Virus record (IMG/VR): IMGVR_UViG_3300038393_000273
Span: 1 to 41,771 of that record
Length of the DNA stretch: 41,771 nt
Origin: a virus
Lineage: Duplodnaviria; Caudoviricetes
Direction: 5' to 3' (one strand)
Shown here: positions 24,899-33,940 of the stretch, in pieces
Position numbering within the stretch: position 1 is the stretch's first letter
How the letters are laid out: each line of letters begins with the position of its first letter
Program-made: the position numbers and the translations under genes
The notes under the pieces: model-generated
Databases searched by the model: none
Told to the model about the DNA's origin: nothing
The model's input: the letters and a program-made list of their open reading frames with translations, nothing else

Positions 24899-25071
24899 TC
24901 GAACGAAAGCAGGACCGGCGACGAAGTGTATCGTCGCACTTCAGCAGCCCGGTCAATGACCGGCGCCGGCCGAACTACGAGCGCCGCAACAGGACCACTG
25001 TGCGCCCAATGCCGCTGTCGATGATGTTCCGCGGCGACACGCGCAGGTTTGAGGAATCTGGGACGGAATAG
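24895..25071 (+). CDS. Small Arg-rich protein (58 aa) with DRR/ERR repeats
   Basis: MIERKQDRRR...NDRRRPNYERRN..., translated by hand. AAGGAG SD and ATGA overlap. Confidence 0.55.
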   Translation: MIERKQDRRRSVSSHFSSPVNDRRRPNYERRNRTTVRPMPLSMMFRGDTRRFEESGTE

Positions 25072-25074
25072 GAG

Positions 25075-25272
25075 ATGAGAATGCAGAGCACGAAGCCAAC
25101 GATCCAGTCGCGCTACATCACCCTGCAGGAATGGGCAGCGACGATGTTTTCGCCCGTGCCGCACGTGAACACGCTGCGGCGCTGGGTTAACGATGGGCGG
25201 ATCCAGCCGCAGCCCGAGAAGATCGGTCGTCTGTGGCGGGTGAAACGCGAAGCGAAATACGTGAACGACTGA
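25075..25272 (+). CDS. xis: Excisionase, lambda Xis-like
   Basis: YITLQEWA...TLRRWVNDGRIQPQPEKIGRLWRV, directly upstream of int. Confidence 0.9.
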   Translation: MRMQSTKPTIQSRYITLQEWAATMFSPVPHVNTLRRWVNDGRIQPQPEKIGRLWRVKREAKYVND

Positions 25273-25273
25273 T

Positions 25274-26374
25274 ATGGGCCGCAAACGACTAGCAAAGAAC
25301 CGCGGCTTCCCGCCGAACCTGTACCAGAACCCGGCGGGCTACTTCTACTACAAGAACCCACAGACCAAGCAGCAGAAGGGCTTGGGCCGGGACCGTGCGT
25401 ACGCATTCAGCGAGGCGCGCAAGGCCAATGCCGCGCTCGCGACACGTGAGCCCTCGTCACTCGTCGACTGGGTAATGGGCAAGACCGAGTACACGCTGGA
25501 AGGGTGGCTTCCCGTGTACAAGCAGCTGTGGCTTGAACACGCGCAGCCGGCGGCGAACACGCTCATGAACTACGCGGTGTACTGGCGTCGCCTGGAGAGT
25601 GCGGATTTCGCAAAGCGACGGCTTTCGGAGATCACGACGGTCATGATCGCGCGGTATCTCGACGCTTACAAGGAAGAGAACGGCGCTCCGTCGGCGGTGC
25701 TGATGCGCGCGCGCCTGAAGGACATCTTCCGCTGGGCCGAGACGCAAGGCCTGATTGAGGCGGGACGCAGTCCAGTATCTGCCACGCGGGCACCAAAGGT
25801 CGTTGTCGCGCGCGAGCGGATGAGCTTCGAGCAATTCATGGCTATCCGTGATGCTGGCCCGGTGTGGCTGCGTAATGCCATGAATATTGCGCTCGTAACG
25901 GGTCAGCGAAAAAACGACATCTTGAGCATGAAGTTCGCAGACTGGCATGACGGCAGGCTACATGTCGCCCAGGGCAAGAGCGGCGGCACCACTCGGCTCG
26001 CACTGGACGGCGGCATACGGGTCGCGAAGCTCGGATTGTCGATCGCAGAGGTGGTGAAGATCTGTCGAGACAATGTCGCAAGCCATTACCTCGTCCACCA
26101 TGTCAAACACGCCGGCGCGGCGCGGCCCGGGCAGAAGATCAGCAGTGTGAGTCTGACGACGGCATTCATCAAGGCGCGAAAAACTGCCGGAATCGAGGCG
26201 AAGGAAGGGCGGACTCCCGTCACTTTCCACGAGATCCGCAGCTTGGCCGAGCGCCTATACCGTGAAGAGTTCGGAGCCGAGTTTGCACAGATGGTACTGG
26301 GGCACAAGAACGCCTCGACGACGGCCCGCTACGATGATCTTCGGGGCGAATGGAAGGTCATCTCAGCCGGGTGA
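25274..26374 (+). CDS. int: Tyrosine integrase, lambda Int family
   Basis: N-terminal arm-binding domain (PPNLY...YFYYKNP) and catalytic motifs TGQR, QGKSG, FHEIRS, LGH and ARY. Confidence 0.95.
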   Translation: MGRKRLAKNRGFPPNLYQNPAGYFYYKNPQTKQQKGLGRDRAYAFSEARKANAALATREPSSLVDWVMGKTEYTLEGWLPVYKQLWLEHAQPAANTLMNYAVYWRRLESADFAKRRLSEITTVMIARYLDAYKEENGAPSAVLMRARLKDIFRWAETQGLIEAGRSPVSATRAPKVVVARERMSFEQFMAIRDAGPVWLRNAMNIALVTGQRKNDILSMKFADWHDGRLHVAQGKSGGTTRLALDGGIRVAKLGLSIAEVVKICRDNVASHYLVHHVKHAGAARPGQKISSVSLTTAFIKARKTAGIEAKEGRTPVTFHEIRSLAERLYREEFGAEFAQMVLGHKNASTTARYDDLRGEWKVISAG

Positions 26375-26597
26375 TTTTAGTAAAATATTCTACGGATTTC
26401 TGTAATTGCTACAGAAACCCGCATGGATACTGCGTTTCAAGCCATTGAGAATATCTTGTTTTCATATGGCTCATCCGCTGCCGGTTTTCTCTATGAAGTC
26501 AGCGATTTATGGTCTGTTTCGGCGCATTCTGGAGCAACCAAAAACCACTGTATGCCACCACGAAAAACAATGACTTACCGCTGTATTTCAGTAAAAT
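26374..26597. promoter_or_regulatory. Putative attP region
   Basis: AT-rich gap between the convergent int and lysis genes. Arm-like repeats ATTT(T/C)(A/T)GTAA at 26374, 26396 and 26585. IHF-like sites at 26435 and 26565, each with one mismatch to WATCAANNNNTTR. Confidence 0.7.
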
Positions 26598-26708
26598 CTT
26601 GAGCGTCTTGTGCGGGCGTTTCCGCCGGCGGTGGAACGATGACGAGCTGGCCGTCGATCACCTGCATGACCAGCTCGGCCGCCTCTGGCGTGATGACGTG
26701 GTAGTCGG

Positions 26709-27227
26709 TCATTTTGCGTTCACGGCCCGGCAGACTTCGAAGTCGTCGAGGACTTCGGCATATCGTGACACGAGGCCTGCAATTGCTGCTCCGTGGCCGA
26801 GAACGTCAGCAGCAGCCTCCGGCATAAGGTCCGGTCCGCCTCCGTCAACTGCAGGCGCGCCGGCAGCGGATCGATTTTCGGCCGCGGCGCCGGACTGTAC
26901 GGGATCTGCTGCGGGGCAGCGCAGGCGGTCAGTGCCAGCGCGCACGCGGCGCTGAGCATCAGCGAGATTCGATGCATATTCCTGTTCCTTTCGATGGGCG
27001 TCAGCGTCCTTGGCTGCGAGCCTGGTGCGCAGCTCGTCCTCGGTCTGCTGGTTGAGATAGGCGTCGCGGTCGCGCTGCTTCTTGCCAAGGTCGACGGCGG
27101 CCGCGTACCCGGCGTCATGCCCGGCGTCGTACTGCTCGTTGCCGTAGTGGCGGATACCGAGCCACCCGCCCGTGGCGAGCAGGACAGCCAGCACAACGCC
27201 AACGAGCAGGCGCTCGAGCGCGGTCAC
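26709..27227 (-). CDS. Rz-like inner-membrane spanin
   Basis: N-terminal TM helix, coiled coil and C-terminal Cys. Follows the endolysin. Confidence 0.85.
   Translation of the reverse strand: MTALERLLVGVVLAVLLATGGWLGIRHYGNEQYDAGHDAGYAAAVDLGKKQRDRDAYLNQQTEDELRTRLAAKDADAHRKEQEYASNLADAQRRVRAGTDRLRCPAADPVQSGAAAENRSAAGAPAVDGGGPDLMPEAAADVLGHGAAIAGLVSRYAEVLDDFEVCRAVNAK
26720..26977 (-). CDS. Rz1-like outer-membrane lipoprotein spanin embedded in Rz
   Basis: MHRISLMLSAACALALTAC lipobox and Pro-rich mature part, in an alternative frame inside Rz. AGGA SD. Confidence 0.8.
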   Translation of the reverse strand: MHRISLMLSAACALALTACAAPQQIPYSPAPRPKIDPLPARLQLTEADRTLCRRLLLTFSATEQQLQASCHDMPKSSTTSKSAGP

Positions 27228-27679
27228 GAATGCACCTCGTCGTAGAAGGCGAGGTTCCGGCCGCGCATGATGTCGATCAGCTTCTTGGCGTAGTCAGGGT
27301 CAGTGGCATAGCCGCAGGCCTGCAACTGCTTGGCCCAGCCGGCGCCGTTCGTCTCCTTGAAGCAGGGCGCGTAGCGCTGGTTCTTCAGCAGGAACTGCGC
27401 GTGGTCGATCATGCTGTCGAGCCAGCTCGGGTAGCGGCGGAACTTGTCGACCATGCCGACGTCCTTGCCGCCCAGGTGCTCCGTAGTTGCGAAACTGACG
27501 GTCGGGCCGCCCCACGACTTGTCGGCCTTGATGCCGAACAGGTTGTTGCCGATTGCGCGCGCGCCCCAACTGGACTCGAGCGCGGCTTGTGCGAGGGTGA
27601 TGGATGCCGGAATCCCGGTCCTGCGCTGGCAGTCCTGCGCGGCCTGGGCCAGCATGCCGATGAATGCGCTCGGGGGCAT
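27224..27679 (-). CDS. Endolysin, GH73/FlgJ-like glucosaminidase
   Basis: AQAALESSWG, NNLFGIKA and GYATDPDYAKKL motifs. Confidence 0.9.
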   Translation of the reverse strand: MPPSAFIGMLAQAAQDCQRRTGIPASITLAQAALESSWGARAIGNNLFGIKADKSWGGPTVSFATTEHLGGKDVGMVDKFRRYPSWLDSMIDHAQFLLKNQRYAPCFKETNGAGWAKQLQACGYATDPDYAKKLIDIMRGRNLAFYDEVHS

Positions 27680-28074
27680 CAGACCATCTCCTTCACGTCC
27701 TTGATGATCTCGGTGATGTCCGCGTCGCGCTTCTTGTCGATGTACGCGAACAGCGCGCGCACGATCAGCCAGGACGGCAGGCCGCAGGCAAAGCACACGC
27801 CAATCAGGCCCATCAGGCCGATGAGACTTTCGGCCCAGTGCTGCCAGCCCATGTACTGGACCAGCGCCGCCCCGCCGCAGATCGACCCGATGATGGTAGT
27901 GATCAGGGCAACGTGCCATTCCTGATCCGTTTTCGGCTTCGTCATCGTCATGACAACGTAGGTCGCCAAACCGGCCCCGAGACCGCCGACGCCGGCCAGG
28001 CCGCCGAGGATTTTCCAGCCTGCGACGCCGGCCGCGCCGGTGGTGATGGGTTCGCTCATGTTTTGGACTTTCAT
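27679..28074 (-). CDS. Holin (three predicted TM segments)
   Basis: Three hydrophobic segments and a charged C-terminus, upstream of the endolysin. Alternative start at 28059. Confidence 0.75.
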   Translation of the reverse strand: MKVQNMSEPITTGAAGVAGWKILGGLAGVGGLGAGLATYVVMTMTKPKTDQEWHVALITTIIGSICGGAALVQYMGWQHWAESLIGLMGLIGVCFACGLPSWLIVRALFAYIDKKRDADITEIIKDVKEMV

Positions 28075-30119
28075 AGTTGTGGTGATGGTGGTTGGGGATC
28101 ACATGCGGACGCTTCGATGGCAGCCAGCTTCAGGGCATACAACTCGTCATGGCGGACGCCGTAGCGGTTGCCGGCGGTCTGCACGCAGCGTTGTTCCCCT
28201 GTGTCGTAGGTTTCCATCACCGGGGCGCCGTCGAGATCCGTCTGTGGCTGTCCGTCCGGGCCCACCGCTTGGCGCTCAGCCATCACCGGCTCCGTCAGTT
28301 CGGTCCACTCGTCGTAGCACAGCACGCCGTACGCGAACGGGTCGAGGCCCTCAGCTTCGAACGCCGCCTTCACGTCCTGCGCGAGCACGCCGAAGTGCCA
28401 GCGCGCGCCGTCCGCCTTCAGCTCCACCGCGTCGTTGAACTTGAACTGCTTGAACGGGATGCGCCGGACCGCGCGCAGCGCCGCGGCGTCGATGTCTTGG
28501 ATCTGCTGCTTCTCGCGCGCGTCCGACGTGTTGATCGTGGCCGTGCCGGCGTACACCGTGCCGAAGCGCGCCGCCGGGTGGCCGACGTTGTACGTGTTGT
28601 CCACGCTCGACGAGATGCCGTTGTAGTAGCTCGTCACCTTGACGATGCTGGTCATCGTGCCGAGTTTGTTGACCTGGAAGTCGAGACCGTCGACGTTCGT
28701 CGTCGCGTTCCACGCCTTGATGATCGCGGCGTCGTGCGGCGTGCCGCTCAGATACGTCGTGAACGTGATGCCCGCGCCATCGCCCACCGAGCCCGTGCCG
28801 TTCACTGCGACCTTGATCGGGGAATCGGTGCTGCCGTTGGTCTTGAACGTGCACTGGTACGGCCCCGCGTTGAAGCCCGGTATTTGCCAGTACATGCCGC
28901 CCACGTAGCTTCTGATCGCGGAGCCCTGCAGACCATTCGACGGCGTGCTGGGCGCCTGCGAAAAGTCGGCGTTCAGGATCGTCGGGAAATAGCTCGCGTC
29001 GGTGATCACGGCTCCATTTCCCTCGTTGTAGTCGCCGCCGAGAATAGTGGCCCACCGGCACTCTGGGTAACCGCCGTTATTGGTACCGCTCAGGTACAGA
29101 CCGGATCCCGTGCAAACCTCGGACAGGCCACTGTCGACCATCGTCCACCACGTATGGCCCAAGCGTATGCCGTCGCCGCCGGTATGCTGTGCAAAGCAAT
29201 GCGTCAGCCTTGCAGCGTTGCAGTCGGAGCCAACTCCATCGTGCACGTAGAAGGCGTGCCCGCCGGTCCACTGGGCCACGACCTGATCGACACGGCAGAA
29301 ATTGGTGTTGTTGCCGGTATCCGTGCCTACGCGAACGCCGACGCCACCCGAGCCATGCACGAGGAAGTGCGACAACTTCGCGCTGTTGCCCGCGAGCTGC
29401 ACGCCGTCGCCGGTATTGCCGGCTTGGCAGACGAGGCCGCCGCCGTCGACATGCGCGCAGTCGAGCAGCTTCAGGCCGACCGTCGTCATCGACGCCGCCT
29501 TGATCAGGTAGCTGGTCGGGTACGAGTTCTGCGTGTTCCCGAGGCCGCCCTTGAAGCGGATTTTCTTGTGCGCCGGCACAGTGATCGTCGACGTGATCAG
29601 CGGCGTGCCGTCGACCCAGACTTCGATTGCGGCAGCGAGAGCCGCATTGATGGCGGCCGTGTCGTCAGTCGCACCATCGCATACCGCCCCGAAGTCGCGG
29701 ATGTGCACGTGGTCGCGCATCTTGGCTTGGGACTGACGCGAAACGGCACCGGTACCCGCTTGGATGAATGGGACCAAGGACGAGCCGCCCGGCTTGAATA
29801 GGCCGTTGACTTGGGTGCTCACGCTGAACGAGTCCGACGAGGGCGCATAGAAAACCTGCACGCCTTTCGAGTCGATCACGGACGTCGAGTACGAGCTGTC
29901 GTAGAACGGGTTCGCAGCGGCTCCAGAATCGTTGACGATGTAGCCGTTCACGGTGCGCAGTGGCTGGGCAGCCGGTAGCGTGCCAGCGGCGTCCCAATAC
30001 ACCGTCACGGGGTGCGTGATCGGGTCCTGGCCCGGCTGGCCGAAGTAGACAGAGCCGTTGTTCAGCGGCTTGCCGTCGATGCCAGTGTAGGTCTTGAAGG
30101 GTTGTTCGACTGGGAGCAT
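28071..30119 (-). CDS. Tailspike: P22-type head-binding domain, beta-helix and S74 intramolecular chaperone
   Basis: DGKPLNNGSVYFGQPGQDP, DFGAVCDGATDDTAAINAAL and INTSDAREK...HFGVLAQDV motifs. Confidence 0.9.
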   Translation of the reverse strand: MLPVEQPFKTYTGIDGKPLNNGSVYFGQPGQDPITHPVTVYWDAAGTLPAAQPLRTVNGYIVNDSGAAANPFYDSSYSTSVIDSKGVQVFYAPSSDSFSVSTQVNGLFKPGGSSLVPFIQAGTGAVSRQSQAKMRDHVHIRDFGAVCDGATDDTAAINAALAAAIEVWVDGTPLITSTITVPAHKKIRFKGGLGNTQNSYPTSYLIKAASMTTVGLKLLDCAHVDGGGLVCQAGNTGDGVQLAGNSAKLSHFLVHGSGGVGVRVGTDTGNNTNFCRVDQVVAQWTGGHAFYVHDGVGSDCNAARLTHCFAQHTGGDGIRLGHTWWTMVDSGLSEVCTGSGLYLSGTNNGGYPECRWATILGGDYNEGNGAVITDASYFPTILNADFSQAPSTPSNGLQGSAIRSYVGGMYWQIPGFNAGPYQCTFKTNGSTDSPIKVAVNGTGSVGDGAGITFTTYLSGTPHDAAIIKAWNATTNVDGLDFQVNKLGTMTSIVKVTSYYNGISSSVDNTYNVGHPAARFGTVYAGTATINTSDAREKQQIQDIDAAALRAVRRIPFKQFKFNDAVELKADGARWHFGVLAQDVKAAFEAEGLDPFAYGVLCYDEWTELTEPVMAERQAVGPDGQPQTDLDGAPVMETYDTGEQRCVQTAGNRYGVRHDELYALKLAAIEASACDPQPPSPQL

Positions 30120-30131
30120 GCGGGTCCTCGA

Positions 30132-32222
30132 TCAGTGCAGGGTGGCGCCGGCGGGGCGCGCGGCAGACTGGTTGTTTTGCAGGGAACGGCCGCGGGTGAG
30201 GGCCACTTCGATGCGCTTGCGGAGCTGGCGATTCTTGACGTGCTTGACCAGCAGCTTGAGAGAGCTGGCAACAGGAACCGGCAGGCCGGTAGCGGCGCCG
30301 GTGAGGCCAGCGTCGGCCAACATCCAAGCGATTACGCTGGCCGTGTTCGACGTGTTCACAGCGCCCGGCGGCACGGTGTAGATCACTTTCGCGAGGTCGT
30401 TGATGTCGCGCAGGTGCTGTGCACCTTGCTTCCCGAAGACGGCCTGCAGGCGACCGTCTTCGTCCAGGCGCTTGATCGCCTTGTCCAGCTTCGGTACCGA
30501 CAGGATCACGTTGCCGCGATGGTCGGTCGCAGTGTTCGCGAACGCCTGATCTTTAATCCAATTCATCGTCTCGCCCTGCAGGTCCTTCCATGCCTGCTCA
30601 CCGGCAGCGCGGACCTCGGCCGGCGCTTCTTTCCCGTGCGTCAGTGCACGGCGCACGCGCGAGACGCTCTCGCGGCTGGCGTTCAGGATCGAGTGCTCGA
30701 AGACGTCGGCGATGGCGACCTTGCGGTCAGCCATGCCCTTCTTCGTGTTCAGCAGGGATGCTACGACGCCATAGTCCTCGTACTTCTTGGCGAGGTTCTC
30801 GCGCAAGCGACGGGCGTTTCGGTACATCGGGCCGATGGCCGGCTCCGTCGCGCTGTCGATCGCGCCCTTCAGGATGGCCGAGTTGCGGATGTTCGTTGGC
30901 TCGTAGTCCGTGGCGTTTCCGATCGCGCGGCGCAGTAGTTCAGCGTTCTTGACGGTCGTCGGCTGCGCGATGAGGTTGCCGTCGCCGTCTTCGATGGCAG
31001 CGCCCAGCTTGATCGCGTGACGGCGCGCGGCGCCCAGCAGCGGCGATACTGCGGCGTCCGGTGCGCTGTCGTTGAGGAACTGAACTGCCGCATCCAAGGT
31101 CACCGGAGCGGCGCTCTCGGCTGAATTTTCAGCAGCCTTGTACGCGGCGCGCACGCGGCCCTTGTCGAACTCGATGCCCTTCGTCAGCGCTTCATCCACT
31201 GAGCGGCCAGTGCCGGCGAGGTCGGAGGATTCCTTTCCGGTCTGGTCGACTAGGTTGTCGAAGTGCTTCGCTACCTGTTCGTTCTGGTCCGAGTAGCGGT
31301 CGCGCAGCGCGGCGCCACTCTCGCCCTTCGCGGTCTCCTGCTCGAAGCGAAGCTGCTGCTGATCGCGAGTTTCCTGGCCCAGAGTGAGATCGACGCCCAC
31401 CTGGTCAGCGATCTCGCGCCGCTGCCGTGCCATGTCCGTGCCGGCGGCGCCAACGCTGGCTTTCGTGCCCGGAGTAGGCGTATCAGCGACAGGATCGGCG
31501 TTGCGGGACAGCGTGCGCTGCACGCGGTCAGCGATGGCCGGCGACACCTTGCGGATTTGGGCCACGGCCGGCGCTTCGGGGGCACCCTGCGGGGCGGTCA
31601 CGAGGTCACGCAGGCGTCCGGCCTTGCCGGCGGCAGCGGCAGCATCTGCGGCGTCCAGCGCGGGTGCCGTGTTGCGCGCAGTCTCGCGTACGGTCTGCGC
31701 GCCAGCGCGCGCGCCGGCACCTGCAGTCGCCAGCTCAGGCATCAGCGTCACCGGCAACATCGAGTTCAGCGCGTCGCCCGCGGTCTGCGTGTAGTCCTGG
31801 CCGGTTTGCGTCCGTGGCTGATAGGTGAGCGCATGGGCGCCTTCGCCGGCGGCCTGCTCGATCTTCGCCATACCCTGCGGCGTGCCGAATTCGCCTGTCG
31901 CGACAGCGCCCGCGAGACCGCCCAGCGCACCGCCGAGCATGCCCAGTGTCCCGCCGGTGGCACCAGTCGCGAGCGACAGCGCAGTTTCGCCGATGCCCTT
32001 GATCTTGTCGACTAGCGACGGATCTGCCGGCGCGGCCGGCTGCTGGTCCGGCACGTAATGCCCGGTCACGTCGACGCGCGGAACACTCGGGTCGATCTCG
32101 GTGTTCGGCACGCCAGACGGCAGCGACTGGATGTATTCGGCCAGACGCTGCGCTGCCTTCGTATCGCCGGCTGCATCAGCGTTGCGCAGGGCCTGATAGA
32201 GTTGTTCGCGATCGTCAGCCAT
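30132..32222 (-). CDS. Ejection/DNA transfer protein (gp16 position)
   Basis: Large Ala-rich helical protein, third of three genes between the GNAT gene and the tailspike. Confidence 0.7.
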   Translation of the reverse strand: MADDREQLYQALRNADAAGDTKAAQRLAEYIQSLPSGVPNTEIDPSVPRVDVTGHYVPDQQPAAPADPSLVDKIKGIGETALSLATGATGGTLGMLGGALGGLAGAVATGEFGTPQGMAKIEQAAGEGAHALTYQPRTQTGQDYTQTAGDALNSMLPVTLMPELATAGAGARAGAQTVRETARNTAPALDAADAAAAAGKAGRLRDLVTAPQGAPEAPAVAQIRKVSPAIADRVQRTLSRNADPVADTPTPGTKASVGAAGTDMARQRREIADQVGVDLTLGQETRDQQQLRFEQETAKGESGAALRDRYSDQNEQVAKHFDNLVDQTGKESSDLAGTGRSVDEALTKGIEFDKGRVRAAYKAAENSAESAAPVTLDAAVQFLNDSAPDAAVSPLLGAARRHAIKLGAAIEDGDGNLIAQPTTVKNAELLRRAIGNATDYEPTNIRNSAILKGAIDSATEPAIGPMYRNARRLRENLAKKYEDYGVVASLLNTKKGMADRKVAIADVFEHSILNASRESVSRVRRALTHGKEAPAEVRAAGEQAWKDLQGETMNWIKDQAFANTATDHRGNVILSVPKLDKAIKRLDEDGRLQAVFGKQGAQHLRDINDLAKVIYTVPPGAVNTSNTASVIAWMLADAGLTGAATGLPVPVASSLKLLVKHVKNRQLRKRIEVALTRGRSLQNNQSAARPAGATLH

Positions 32223-33931
32223 CACTTCTTCCCGTACTTGCTGAGCAGTGCGCTGATGTCTGCGGGGTGGTCAGCGGCAGCAGCCGGTGCGTCGCCTTTA
32301 CTGTTGCCGTGCTTCTCGCCGAGCAGCTTGTCAAAAATGGTCTGCGCTTCTGGTGTGAGAATCCGCAACGGTGCTGCCGTGGTTCCCATGCCGGTGCGGT
32401 ACTGGTCTTCGATCGCCTCCATTCGACCTCGAAGCATGTGCATGGCTGACTTCATCGTGCCCTGTTGCTGGGCCGGGGTAATGCTGCCGGTGAACTTCTC
32501 GCGCCATGCATCGATTTCCTTCTCGCTCATACCAGTCGAACGGAAGACTTTTGCCATCTCGCCGGCAACGCCCTCCGCGGTAGCGTCAGCGGCAGCCAGC
32601 TTGCCTTGTCGATCCGTGCCGCCGACATGCGTAGCAAGCCAGTTTTTCGCAGAGTTCACCGCCGGATAGCTGGAGTTGTCGAGCGCAGTCAGCTGGTCAT
32701 TCAGCTGACCCATATGCGCAATGGCAGTGTTGATCGCCTTGATGTTTTCTGCGCTCTTCCCGGCAACGAAGTCGTTTCGAGTTTTGGCGCGCGCGTTGTA
32801 GTTCACGGCATCGAACGTCGGATCGTATTGCGCGACCGCCGTGATCATCTTTTGCCAGTACGGCGACTGAAGCGCTTTCCCGACTGGGAAGCCGAGCCGC
32901 CCTTCTGCCAGAGCCTTGACCTGATCGGCGGTCGGTTTGTCGAGGGTGCTCAGGTACTGCTGTCCTTGCAGCCCTGGCGTGCCAACTGGCGCCGCTGGTT
33001 CGTCCTTCGCCTGCTCCCTGTCAAATGCGAGCCGTGCGGCAGCGGTGCCAGCAGTGATGTCTTGGCCGCGCCGCTGTGTTGCTGCCGAAAGCTGCGCATC
33101 TGCCGTCGGCGTCGTGAACTTCATCTGGTCGTCCGGCTTCATACCGGCGGCCTGCACCTGCTTGAGGTATCCGTCGATTGCCTTTGGGTCTGCTGGGATG
33201 CCGGCGATCAGCGCATCGCGTCGATTAGCGCTGATGACATTGTTCGCGTAGAGAGAACCAGCCGCGTTTTTGACTTGATCAGCCGACGCATTCTTGCCGA
33301 TCAGCGAGCCGAACACAGACCCGATCGCCGCATTTGTTTTCTGCTCATTGTCGAGCTGGCCACCAGCCACCTTCACATCGGATTCCGACTGGTCGCGCGC
33401 ATCCTTGTTGATGCCTTGCAGATTTGCGAGAACGTCTTTACCACCCGGCAGAGCTGCCATGATCGTCAGCGAATGCGCGAGCGCGGCCTTTGGGTCCTTC
33501 TGGATCACGCTCTTGAGCGCTTCCAACTGGTTAGTTGGCAGGCCGCTATTCTTTGCGGCCTCTATCCGATCATCGATCTCCTGCATTGCGAGGTCGGGTC
33601 GGTCGGCATGCAGCAGGTTTGTCAACGTCGCAGCATCGCGCAGCTCGACCTTTTGCTGATCACCGGTATAAGCGCCGAACGCATCGGTGATCGGTTTCGC
33701 TTGATCCGGATACTTGAGCGATAGGGCAAGCGCGCCTTGTGCGGTCGGGTTCTGCTGAAATGCGGCCGCGTCCGCTTGGTATTGCGCTGCCTGCTGCTGG
33801 GCTGCTTCTTGCGCCGCGCGTTGGTCGAACATCTGGCGCAGTCCCGCGCCGAGTTGGGCCGAACGAAGAAACTCGGTCGTCAAGTCCTCGTGCGGCTGCA
33901 TGCCGTAGTAATCGATGGGTCCGATGGCCAT
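32222..33931 (-). CDS. Ejection/DNA transfer protein (gp20 position)
   Basis: 569-aa Ala/Gln-rich helical protein with a PIDY N-terminus and a GGAG SD. Confidence 0.7.
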   Translation of the reverse strand: MAIGPIDYYGMQPHEDLTTEFLRSAQLGAGLRQMFDQRAAQEAAQQQAAQYQADAAAFQQNPTAQGALALSLKYPDQAKPITDAFGAYTGDQQKVELRDAATLTNLLHADRPDLAMQEIDDRIEAAKNSGLPTNQLEALKSVIQKDPKAALAHSLTIMAALPGGKDVLANLQGINKDARDQSESDVKVAGGQLDNEQKTNAAIGSVFGSLIGKNASADQVKNAAGSLYANNVISANRRDALIAGIPADPKAIDGYLKQVQAAGMKPDDQMKFTTPTADAQLSAATQRRGQDITAGTAAARLAFDREQAKDEPAAPVGTPGLQGQQYLSTLDKPTADQVKALAEGRLGFPVGKALQSPYWQKMITAVAQYDPTFDAVNYNARAKTRNDFVAGKSAENIKAINTAIAHMGQLNDQLTALDNSSYPAVNSAKNWLATHVGGTDRQGKLAAADATAEGVAGEMAKVFRSTGMSEKEIDAWREKFTGSITPAQQQGTMKSAMHMLRGRMEAIEDQYRTGMGTTAAPLRILTPEAQTIFDKLLGEKHGNSKGDAPAAAADHPADISALLSKYGKK

Positions 33932-33940
33932 TAGGTCTCC

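Noticed and set aside
26400-26414. SOS box CTGT...ACAG after int
   Set aside because: The spacer is 7 nt rather than 8. It is better explained as part of the attP inverted repeat.
26448-26475. Fragment of a host gene (YENK-like peptide on the minus strand) as the att core
   Set aside because: Too short and not a convincing match to any gene I can name. It needs a database search.
28071-30119. Diversity-generating retroelement acting on the tailspike
   Set aside because: There is no reverse transcriptase ORF, and I saw no template/variable repeat pair.
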